Source: Eledone cirrhosa
Lineage: Eukaryota
Direction of reading: 5' to 3'
Assembly: GCA_964016885.1 (NCBI GenBank)
Contig: OZ024741.1
Coordinates: 168,578,001 to 168,642,000, forward strand
Length of the DNA stretch: 64,000 bases
A program made the translations under genes and the position numbers. The notes beneath the pieces were generated by a model. It was not told where the DNA came from. It saw only the letters and a list, made by a program, of their open reading frames with translations, and did not search any database. Below are positions 1-9,788 of the stretch, piece by piece. Positions within the stretch are counted from its first letter, which is position 1; each line of letters starts with the position of its first letter.

Positions 1-1335
1 GTCGGCAGCAGTGGAGCCTTTCGACCCCTTGCCTCTTTCAGCAGTTGAGGGTAGAAGGCTCGCAAATGGGTTTTCTCCCCACAAACACTGCGGCCTTTTG
101 CCTTCGGCCATAATATGAATGACCGTCCCATTCTGAAGGCGGATGTGGTCTGGGATTGTCTTCACATTCTCGGGCCTGATCTGGAGAAGGATCTCCAGGT
201 CAACCTCGGACCAGTCCTCTCTGGCCCTTCTGGTTACTTCTATAGGGACTGTATCCGTCCCCTCCACAATCACACATCCCAGAAGCCACCACATGTCAAG
301 TCCTGGTGGGATTCTGGGAATGCGGAGACGGGCCGTTTTTTTTCCCATGTGGGAGGGGTACATTATGACCTTGCTGGTTTTGCAAGGAGTCATAGCGTGT
401 TTCATAGCGAGGGCTTCTGACTTGAACAACACCGAAATGGTGCCGTACTGTCTGCCCCTCTCTATGTACTGGGTGTCTTCTCTGATGCACCTCAGCGCGA
501 CTTCGACATCTTCTTGTGTGATTAAAGCTGCCCTTTTGGTTTGTGCTGAGATGCATCTATAATGCACCGTTTTGCGCTCCACTGCCTCAATAGCTTCTAC
601 CGGGACAGTTAAGTTAGCCCAAGTTTGCTCTTGCTTGATGAGCTTCCATGCTTGGGCCAACTTTTCATCTTTGTTTGAGAGGTCCATGTTGAAGCATGGC
701 TCTTTTTTGCTGCTGCCGCAGCGAAAGTGTTCTTCTTGTTTTCGTTGGGGGTTTTGTTGTCGTTGTTCTTGTTGGTGTTGTTGTTAGCACTGTCGCTGTT
801 ATCATTGTTGTCTTTGTTGCCACCGTTGTTCTCGGTGCAGTTGGTATTGTTGCTGTTGGTGTTGTCGCTATTTGTTTTCATGTTAGTGGTGTTGATATTG
901 TTGTTGTATTTGTTATTTTTTTTTTGTTATCTGTATTTTCGTTGTCGCTGTTACTGTCATTTTTTTCAAAATTAGTGTTCTTATTGGTATCATTGGTGTC
1001 TTTGTTTACCTTGTTTGTGGTTGTGTTTGTGTTATCAATATGTGTTAATTTCGCTGTAGCGCTCCTCTCAACTTCTACGTCATTGACGCACGACAGCCGA
1101 CATATCGCTGGGGGGCGTGGCTCAGCCATGTTTTTTTTTTCTTCGTAAATTTTTTAACATGTAAAAAAAGTTCAAATATTTGGGCCAAAAGGCCCAAATA
1201 TTATACTTTCCCCTTCACGGGGCAAAGTCTAAGGGCTTATATCCCTTACACAACAAGAAATATTTAACAACGAATAATTTTAACAGGCAAATAAAGCGAC
1301 TTACTGTGAGCGAGCAAAATACGTCCGCTTAGACC
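1..1335 (-). mobile_element. 5' portion (5' UTR + frameshifted ORF1) of an L1/Tx1-type LINE; runs off the window start
   Basis: Minus-strand frames from the ATG at 1129 give an N/T-rich linker, then YGTISVLFKSEALAMKHAMTP..RLRIPRIPP and EGKRPQC/VCGEKTHLRAFYPQ. This is colinear with ORF1 of the 51982-57989 element (YGTVDRFF..KIRVPHVPP..EGRRLRCVVCGEGTHLRAFCPQ). The 5' end is GG abutting (AAT)n at 1336. Confidence 0.85.
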
Positions 1336-1394
1336 AATAATAATAATAATAATAATAATTGTTTCTACTATTATAATAATAATAATAATAAGGA

Positions 1395-1862
1395 ACGAAC
1401 ATAACCCTGAGAGTATTATCGAAAATGATGATGCAAACCCAGTGATACAGTGTGAACATGGGATTTAACATACGAGACCAGATATTGAATTAATTGAGAA
1501 AGAAAGCAAACAATGCTGGATCATAGATATAGCCTGTCCAGCTGATAACAAGGTTTGCGATAAAGAAGGAAAAATTGATAGACATGACAGGTTAGCCTGG
1601 GAGATTAAGCAGTTGTGGTCACTGAAAAAGGTGATGGTAATACCAATAATAGTTGGAGTCTTGGCAACAGTGAGTAAAGATCTTGAGAAGTACATCAAAC
1701 AAATAGGGATTGCAATATGGATGAAACACAAACAACAACATTGCTTGGAACAGCTCGAATACTCAGGAGGGTACTCGAAAATTAAGGGGTGTTACCTCAG
1801 TTCACTGGTAATGAACAGCTGATACTGTAATACATCTCCAGTGTTAGAAGCTGAGTGAAGAA
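1395..1862 (+). mobile_element. 3' end of an R4/Dong-clade LINE (restriction-like endonuclease domain), degenerate
   Basis: RPDIELIEKESKQCWIIDIACPADNKV..EIKQLW..VIPIIVGVLATV matches the PD-(D/E)xK RLE motif; flanked on both sides by (AAT)n. Confidence 0.75.
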
Positions 1863-2991
1863 ACAATGATAATAATAATAATAATTGTTTCTACTTTTGG
1901 CACAAGGCCAGCAATTATCTCAGTGTATTACTGGTTTTTTATTTGAATATTTGTATCTATGAGTATATGTATCTGTGTGTGCATACATTTATCTCATTGT
2001 TATTCATTTTAGCAATTGAGATAAGTGACAAAGTCAGTGTGTGTGCTTGGGTGTGTTAGAGAAGCAGTTCAAGAGCAGTTCAATATGAATTACTGCTCTC
2101 AATGAAGCCAATTTGGTGACCTGGTATGTGAACTGAAGCAAAACACAGACAGATGCCTAGTGAAGAGTTCTGCAGAGAGGAAATGGTGAGAGACAGTCAA
2201 CTCCATGATGAGCTGGATATCATGAAGATTCTTCATGAATAGGACAACAAATTTTATTAATGAAATGATACATCTCAACATCAGAGGTTTTTTTTTTTCA
2301 CTATATCATTGTATCTTGTCAAGAGTATGAATCAATATATTTTCAAAACTATCAACGTGTCTACATAGATATGAACGAATAATTAGCTTCCTAGCAATAC
2401 CATACTGAGAAAAGAGCTTATTAAAAGCAACGCTAAAAGTGTAGGAAATGATAATAGAGGGGGAAAGTGAGATAAAACCAATTAAGAATAAAGAAAGAAA
2501 AAGGATAAGGAGAAGATGAAAATTACAAAAGAAAAAAGAAAGATTAGAAATAGAGAGCTGACTGAGAAACAGTAAATATCTCATCTGTCATGATATGGTT
2601 CAGTGAGTATAGTAAGCTTTAAAATTATAATAAGCAGAGCTTTTGATTGGCAGCCTATAAGAAATAACAGGAAAAGGACAGACAGGTTCTAGGAATAAGA
2701 AAAATCAATTTAGAATACCGGAAAAAATGCAATTATATATTATATAACGGAAAGACAGAATTACTTGGACAAATTTTCAGATGTTAACTGAATGAAATAT
2801 TACAAATATGAAATATTTGCTAATACTTGCTAAGGAATCATGTGCCGGTGAAAACAAACAATCCATAAACTGCTGACATGTGTGTGTGTGTGTGGGTGTG
2901 CGTGTGCGTGTGTGTGTGTGTGTGTGCGTGTTGGATTACTGTTGATTCTGATAATGAATTATAACCCAACTGGGATGTCTATTATTATTTT

Positions 2992-3703
2992 ATGGTGAAT
3001 TGGCAGTATCGGTAGAAGGTCAGACACCATGCCTTAACGCATAGAGTTACGGCCGTTGCTATTCTGAGTTCAAATCCTGTCAAGGTTAGCTTTGCCTTTT
3101 ATCTTTACGGGGTCAATAAAATAAAGTACTAGTCATGCACTGAGGTCGATTTAATCGACTTTCCCCTCCTCCAAAAATTGCTGGTCTTGTGCATAAATCT
3201 GAACCCATTATTTTACAATGAAGCTTAAATATCTTTACATTCTGAATTCAAATCTGTCTGGTCAACTTTGCCTTTCATCCTTCTGAGTTTGATGAAATAA
3301 TAGACCAGTCAAGTACTGGGGCCAATTTAATCGATTGAATCCTCAAAAAATGATGGCCTTGTGCCTAAACTAGAAACCATTATTTTATTCTCAAATCCCG
3401 CCGAGGTTAACTTTGCCTTTCATCCTTACGGGGTCGATAAAATAAAGTACCAGTAATGCACTGGGTAATTGCTGGCCTTGTGCCTAAAGTAGAAACAATT
3501 ATTTTATTACGAAATTTATTTGGATTGGCAGTATCGGTAGAGGGTCGGACGCCATGCTTTCCAACATAGTTACGTCCCTTTACGATCTGAGTTCAAATCC
3601 CGCCGAGGTTAACTTTGCATTTCATCCTTACGGGGTCGATAAAATAAAGTACCAGTAATGCACTGGGTAATTGCTGGCCTTGTGCCTAAAAGTAGAAACA
3701 ATT
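2992..3703 (+). mobile_element. Head-to-tail cluster of four tRNA-derived SINE copies (Nin/Deu-like central domain): about 2992-3210, 3235-3380, 3388-3500, 3520-3703
   Basis: A-box TGGCAGTATCGG, B-box GAGTTCAAATCC, central GCCTTTCATCCTTACGGGGTCGATAAAAT, tail GGCCTTGTGCCTAAAGTAGAAACAATT; repeated elsewhere in the window. Confidence 0.85.
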
Positions 3704-4018
3704 ATTTTATTACGAAATATCTCCTAGTTGCTGCATGATGTGTAATGAAAACGTCTCTAATTATTCAAATATTCTAGATATATACAAATAGGAGATAACA
3801 GGAAAAAACAGAATAACTTTATTAATGTAAAATATATAAAAAACTTATACAATATCTCCAAAAGAACCATGCCACAGGAGCATTACTTTTGGCCCAAGAT
3901 TTTCCCAGACAGACAAAGCAGACACACAGATATTTTGTTATATATATATACCGATTGTGTTATTTCTGTTTACCTTTTATATATATATATATATATATTT
4001 ATTAAAATAACAGATTAA

Positions 4019-4069
4019 AGTTTAAGCAAAGAATCGCTGCTTTCACCCTTAACGGGATCTTCTGAAACT
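4019..4069 (-). ncRNA. Type I hammerhead-like ribozyme, variant core CAGAAGA
   Basis: AGUUU-CAGAAGA-U-CCC(guuaa)GGG-U-GAA-AGCA(gcgauucuu)UGCU-U^AAACU; stems I-III all pair; second copy at 50347-50397. Confidence 0.65.
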
Positions 4070-5210
4070 AACAAAGTCAATCTGTGAACGCCAAATTGAA
4101 TATTTCAAAAAACGTTGCAACCGGAGGAAGACAGGAAGACGATACTTTGGTTCGTGGAAACGTTCCCTGGCAAAGAACGGGAAAAAACGAATATAATACG
4201 TCATTATTTGGAGCGGTGAAAAACAATTACACGCAAAGACAGAACCACGTTTATGGTATAAAAGAAGTCGTAGACTAATATTCTATTAGTTGGTTCATAG
4301 AGACGTTCTCTGGCAATGAACGAAAAAAAACGAAGATAATACGTCATATGTGGAGCGAGGAGAACAATTGCACGCAAAGACAAAACCACGTAAATGGTAT
4401 AACTGAAGTCGTAGACTAAAATTCTAACTAGGAAACCGAATGATTCTCCGCTTGAGATTTAACAATAAAGTAAATAAAATACAGAGGTAATTGAAATTAA
4501 ATAAATACATACACGCATCCAAATACGTACATACACAAGCATACGTGAAAACACTCGCCATAGGTATACAAATACACGCACCTACACAAAAAAACCCCGC
4601 AGGCACATACAGAACCCACGCAACGCCTGTACTCGCACGCATACGAATGTATACACCAAATACACATAAAAATATATATAAAATATATATATGTGTGTGT
4701 GCGTGTGTGCGCGTGTATACATATAATTAAATAAACGTATATAAATAAATAAATACGTATATAACAAGCACACACACATACCTACATGTAAATACACATA
4801 TATTCGGAGACGTACATCAACCAAAACACAAAGTACACATATTCACACACCCTACATACGTACGAACCCGCATACTCACACAGACGCAAAACTCACGTAT
4901 ACACATAACCAAAAGCATATGTATCAGAATATATAATATATACGCCATAACATATACAATCAAATATACGTACGAAAAAGAATACGTACCTTCACAAAAG
5001 AAACAGGTAATATATATTTACCTATACAAATAAGTAATGGTATAAACATAACATATACTTAGCTACCACATCAAGACGTAAAATATCCGCGTATAGTTCG
5101 TACTATCCGTTAGAGTATAATGTGGGGCTGTAATACAGGAAAGTTTTGTGCAATTTATGTTTACAAGCCGAAATTGACTCAGATTTTTTGTTTAAGATGT
5201 GGTCTTTGGC

Positions 5211-6035
5211 CTAGAGTATTTCCAGGGCCTCAGCGGCGCAGAGGTCACATGGTCTTTTATTTCCGTTATACGATCTAGCCCTAGCTAGGATTTCCCAGTG
5301 TAACTTATATTGGGTGTGGTTGTCTTTTAGACTCCAGATATAAGCTGAAAGTGACATCATATTCCTTTTTAAAGGGTTACGAAAAGAATGGGTATGCATG
5401 TAAAGACGCTGCTTGAATCTATTGGCGGTTAACCCTATGTAGACCCTACGGGACGTGGGTGTTTCAACCTTACATTTGTAGACAATGTTACTAGAGAGGC
5501 ATTTCCCGGATAGGGAGCAGTCAACCCGATTCCTACAATTACAGTTAGTACTAACTACAGGGTTGCACGTGTTCCTACGGCTAGGCAGTTTAGCTAAATT
5601 TGAAGCTGTGATGTTCTGTGCAAGTTTAGGAGTCGTAGAGTAAGAAATTTTAATTGTATTTCTATTAAAAATATTACTATTTATGTGTAGGGGGAAATGC
5701 TTCATAATAAGGGAGAGAAAGATCTTAGCTAATGGTGTGGCCACCTCCATATTATATGGTGGGTTATACCATATAATGCGTCGGGATCTATTTCTTCTAG
5801 GTTTATTCTCGTACTCTGTATATGCTACCTTATCGACAAATCCACTCCGAGCAAGAGCTTCATTGTAATATGTGGAATGGTCATTGAAAATATGCTCGTT
5901 AGTAGATAGACGGGAAAGCCTCAAAGAAACGTTTCTTACCAGGTTCTGGGTTCTACGTGCAGGATGGTTAGAATGCTTACTTGTGTAATTAAGCGTATCA
6001 TTGCAAGCCATTCGATAAATTAAGGGTAACGTCGA

Positions 6036-6040
<5 letters not shown>
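5211..6040 (-). pseudogene. PLE polyprotein fragment with GIY-YIG endonuclease
   Basis: Part of ORF 5211..6221 after the TA repeat; the TAG at 5211 appears premature. Confidence 0.85.
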
Positions 6041-6105
<65 letters not shown>

Positions 6106-6491
6106 ATATAGAGAGAGATATGAGTAAGAGTGTGTATGTGCATGTGTTTTGTAATAGATATACCAAGGTGTACAACTGTAAGACAAGAGAATGCTGTATT
6201 TTTCATATGTGAATAATACAAATTCGCATCAACTTATTTAATTTTGTGGTTCATTAGATTTAATTAAACAATATTCGTTCTGTATAAGACAGACAAACAG
6301 ATCTGTGGTATATATATATATATATATATATATGGAGGAGGTTATAGTTCACTTGAAGCATTGTGTAATGAGGTATAAAGGTTTGAATATGTATAATAAA
6401 GCCAAAACAATGCAGGTATGGGCATAGAAAAAAGAATGCAATTGCAAAAGATATTGTTGACAAATCGTCTTTTACCTTAGATTTATTTAAA

Positions 6492-6532
6492 TCTCCTTAA
6501 TTTTCGAGATAATATCTCTTCTTCAGAGGGAA
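6492..6532 (-). ncRNA. Minimal hammerhead ribozyme in PLE pLTR (loopless AAUU stem III)
   Basis: CCU-CUGAAGA-A-GAGAU(auu)AUCUC-GAA-AAUU-A^AGG; decayed homolog near 60391-60422. Confidence 0.7.
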
Positions 6533-6903
6533 ATAAACGTCTCAAACCAGCGTTCTAAATATCTTGCCAAGCCATGCTGACAGGAAATAGTATAGAGTAT
6601 CTGTTCTATCTCTAATGTCAAAGAGTTAAAATTAGGTGGATAAAGAGTAGTCTCCCTTTAAAAGGGGTTTGTTTAGGTTTTTTTTTTTATTTATATACAT
6701 GCCTTTAAGTGTGTGGGAGAATGCATGAAGGTGTAAGTATGTGAGTGTGTGTGTGTGAGTGTGAGAAGATAAGTCTATTCGTAAATGCGGGGGATAGGTG
6801 TTATCTGGTGTTAGAACTGGTTTTGTGTGTGTATGTGTGAGAGAGAATAAGTGGAGGTGTAAGCGTGTGTGTGTGTGGGGGGGATATGGGGCTAGAAGCC
6901 CTA

Positions 6904-7983
6904 TCAGGTTATAAATTGGGTGTTGAGTTCTAGTCTATTATTGATTGGTGGTTGTGTTTTATCTATAATTAGTGCTTCCTTAATTCTAAGATTGCCGAGG
7001 TTTCTTTCCTTAGTTTCTATCCTAACTGTTATGGTTTTGTCGGTGTTTTTGCATTTAACTAGGTGTTTCTTAAATGAGGAAGCGTTAGTATTGATGTGTT
7101 CTTTTATTCCTATGTGGAGTGGTCTGGTGGTGCTACCTACGTAGAAGTTGTTGCATTTGTCACACTCTAGTCTGTATACGACGTAAGCCTGGTGGCATAG
7201 GTCTGTGTCGTTGATGGGGCAGTTGGCTAGTCTGCAGCAGTTGTCATGTCTGGTGGAGTGTCTTTTGGTTAGCTGTCCGCGTAGAGAAGGACCTGAGTGG
7301 GCCAGTTGGATATCTAGTCCCTCTCGTCTGATGGCTCTGCGGATGGCTGTTGTTGTTTCTTCACTGAAGTGTGGGAGCTTCAGGAAGCAAGTGTTAGTGC
7401 CTCGAGTGTGGTGTCCTCTGTTCTTTCGGGCACGGTTTGTGGTGGATGTCGTGTATCCGTTCAGTTTGAGTACTTCCAGGAAATGTGTGGTGTGTGTGTC
7501 TCGGTCTCTAGCGTCGGTGCATTTGTTCCGGATACGTGCCAGTTCGTTCCTTATGTATCCGAACTTGGCACCGAGTGGGAGGGCCGATCTGAAACGTACG
7601 AACAGGTCCCTGCTGGCGGCTTTTTTATAGAAGCAGGTGTGGATGTTGCCTTCCTCTGTTACCCTGAGTTGGAAGTCCAGTAAGGATAGGGATCCGCGGT
7701 CATCGGGGTGTTCCATGCTGAACTTTATACTGGCGTCCATGCTGGAGAATGTTGTGTATATTTTATCTGCCTCCTCACGGGATGATGTAAGGATGAGTAT
7801 GTCATCTACATATCGGGTGAAGAAGGCATGGGAGTGGCAGGTGTTGAGGGCTCGGCATTCTAGCTGGTTCATGTAGGTGATGGCCAGCAGGCCCGATAGG
7901 CTGGATCCCATGGGTAATCCTGTTGTCTGTCTGTATGTGTGGTGGTGGAAGGTGAAGTACGTGTTGTCTACTGTGAAGTACAA
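6904..7983 (-). CDS. 5'-truncated PLE reverse transcriptase + GIY-YIG endonuclease (359 aa open)
   Basis: RT motifs B', C (YVDD) and E, plus GIY-YIG motifs, in one uninterrupted frame. Confidence 0.9.
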   Translation of the reverse strand: MYFTVDNTYFTFHHHTYRQTTGLPMGSSLSGLLAITYMNQLECRALNTCHSHAFFTRYVDDILILTSSREEADKIYTTFSSMDASIKFSMEHPDDRGSLSLLDFQLRVTEEGNIHTCFYKKAASRDLFVRFRSALPLGAKFGYIRNELARIRNKCTDARDRDTHTTHFLEVLKLNGYTTSTTNRARKNRGHHTRGTNTCFLKLPHFSEETTTAIRRAIRREGLDIQLAHSGPSLRGQLTKRHSTRHDNCCRLANCPINDTDLCHQAYVVYRLECDKCNNFYVGSTTRPLHIGIKEHINTNASSFKKHLVKCKNTDKTITVRIETKERNLGNLRIKEALIIDKTQPPINNRLELNTQFIT

Positions 7984-8655
7984 GTGAACTATAACCTCCT
8001 CCTTTCCTTACGCCTGAGCCAGGCCCAGTTCACAACTGTAAAGAAACTCTTCCAGCTATCTGAAAAGCGCGCCAAAGCCGGCTGCCAAATAAACTTCCTA
8101 AAACGATGCCTGAATAACAACATCATCCCTACCAACATGCTTCAAATCACCAGACCTCAAACGATCACTTAGTTACATACAAAAATTCTGCCTAAGAAAA
8201 CTCATACAACACCTACACCGCACGCTACAACATCACATACGGACTATCTCCAGCCTTGTACCACAACTCGCTGAAACCCCAGAACCTCTGTCCAGAGTCA
8301 TCTCTGCCACTATAGACAGGTCATACCACCATCGCCGAGACTACGAGAAAATACCTCTAACGCAAACATTTCTCAAACTCAGGACGGCCAACTGTCTTAA
8401 CAACATCCCAACTCTAAACACCAACAGAGGCGAACAAGACGGTACCAACACCGAACCTAGCGGCGCCCCGACCAACAACACACCTATACACAATTTTTAG
8501 TTAAATTTATTGATTATAATTTATTTCAAACTATGAATAATCAATGCATTTACACCCTGTTATATATAGGTATATATTTAACTTTAGCATGCCTAAATCT
8601 ATCATTTTATTTTTATTTTCGTTATCATTTACCTAAAATATACAGGGTCATTAAA

Positions 8656-8736
<81 letters not shown>

Positions 8737-9197
8737 ATAGTTATTTAAATATTCTAACAATAAGTACTTCCGTAAAGTTAAAACACTTATTGAATTTACA
8801 AAACTAATAAATAACCAGCAATTTAAAAAAAAACCCTAAAATCTTGATTCTTCACCCTAAAATAGCATAAATTAAATATTTTCAAACTTAACCGTTTAAC
8901 TTTCGGAAAATCTCCTTCTACATATATTACCACTTATCGTCCCTCTCTCTATATATTCTATCCCAGCGGCTCTCATTGACTGCTTTCCCTGATAAATTGT
9001 AGTATCATATATCTTAAAATCTCTATAACTGTTACATTAAGCAACGTTTTTCTTACTCACACATTCTCATTTGAATTTATTACGTTTTCGCATTTTCTCA
9101 TTATTAGGGTATAAATGTTAAACTTTCTCTTAGGTTAATCACTACCTTGATTAAATCTTAACCATTTAACATCTCAGGGTATGTCATGTATCATTAT

Positions 9198-9250
9198 ATT
9201 TTGTCTGATGAGGACGTACTGTTGTACATCCGAAATATGTATAATAAAAT
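9198..9250 (+). ncRNA. Hammerhead ribozyme (AUA-cleavage family) in a pLTR-like segment ending at (TA)n
   Basis: AUUUUGU-CUGAUGA-GGAcGUAC(uguu)GUACAUCC-GAA-AUAUGUAU-A^AUAAAAU. Confidence 0.75.
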
Positions 9251-9290
9251 GTAATTGATCAAAAGAACATCTATTTTATTAATATTTGTA

Positions 9291-9330
<40 letters not shown>

Positions 9331-9335
<5 letters not shown>

Positions 9336-9443
9336 GGAAAAATGAAATTTCATTTCTCACTCTTAGTACGGCTGACACTTAAATATAAGTATGTATACGT
9401 ACATATTTATATGTATACAGGCGTACAGTAGTATGTACATACA

Positions 9444-9479
<36 letters not shown>

Positions 9480-9755
9480 TATATGTACTTATGGCTTTAC
9501 CGAACATTTATTATAATGCCCGGTTTGTTTGTAAACAAACAGCCCGAATTATTAGCCGTACAGTGTTCGGCAACCATCGTTGCCATTTTGTTCAACACCA
9601 ACAAAGGAACGATGAACTAGTTTCTAGCTTATTAGCTGTCATCAGCACCGTATACCTTCCTGTCAGTTGATTGAACGTTTGAAAGTATATACTTTCCTTA
9701 TGCACATTAACGGCTGAGCAGCCGTTTTCGAGCGGTGGCGGAAGTCGAAGCGAGT

Positions 9756-9757
<2 letters not shown>
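9331..9757 (-). mobile_element. Solo pLTR-like non-coding repeat with hammerhead; homolog at 21250-21815
   Basis: High identity to 21250-21610; TA-flanked; contains the HHR at 9610-9650. Confidence 0.7.
9610..9650 (-). ncRNA. Minimal type I hammerhead ribozyme
   Basis: CGGUG-CUGAUGA-C-AGCU(aaua)AGCU-A-GAA-ACUAGU-U^CAUCG; palindromic stem III. Confidence 0.8.

Positions 9758-9786
<29 letters not shown>

Positions 9787-9788
<2 letters not shown>

Larger units (their letters stand above)
3997..6040 (-). mobile_element. 5'-truncated Penelope-like element, Naiad-type (C-terminal region + GIY-YIG + long pseudo-LTR)
   Basis: HSNHP, IIWYNPPY, CNCRNRVDCSLSGKC (CxCx5Cx5C), VYKC..YIGLT..FKQR, CDLC..E. 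The frame continues past the stop at 5211 as LNKKSE.ISACKH. Bounded by (TA)n on both sides; 3' region homologous to 49535-50420. Confidence 0.85.
6333..8480 (-). mobile_element. Penelope/Poseidon-type PLE: pLTR 6333-6900, RT+GIY-YIG 6904-7983 (-), inverted N-terminal segment 7981-8480 (+)
   Basis: QTTGLPMGSSLS, RYVDDIL, LSLLD, YVVYRLECDKC..YVGSTTR.L..IKEH, IKEALII..P.IN. The inverted piece encodes FLKRCLNNNIIP and begins with the reverse complement of the pLTR end. Confidence 0.9.

Noticed and set aside
696-1148. Hydrophobic membrane-protein-like ORFs (also 22098..22688, 56177..56446, 57411..57641)
   Set aside because: They are antisense shadows of A/C-rich retroelement sequence.
3520-3610. 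tRNA genes at SINE heads (A and B boxes)
   Set aside because: No full cloverleaf; each continues into a SINE body and is multi-copy.
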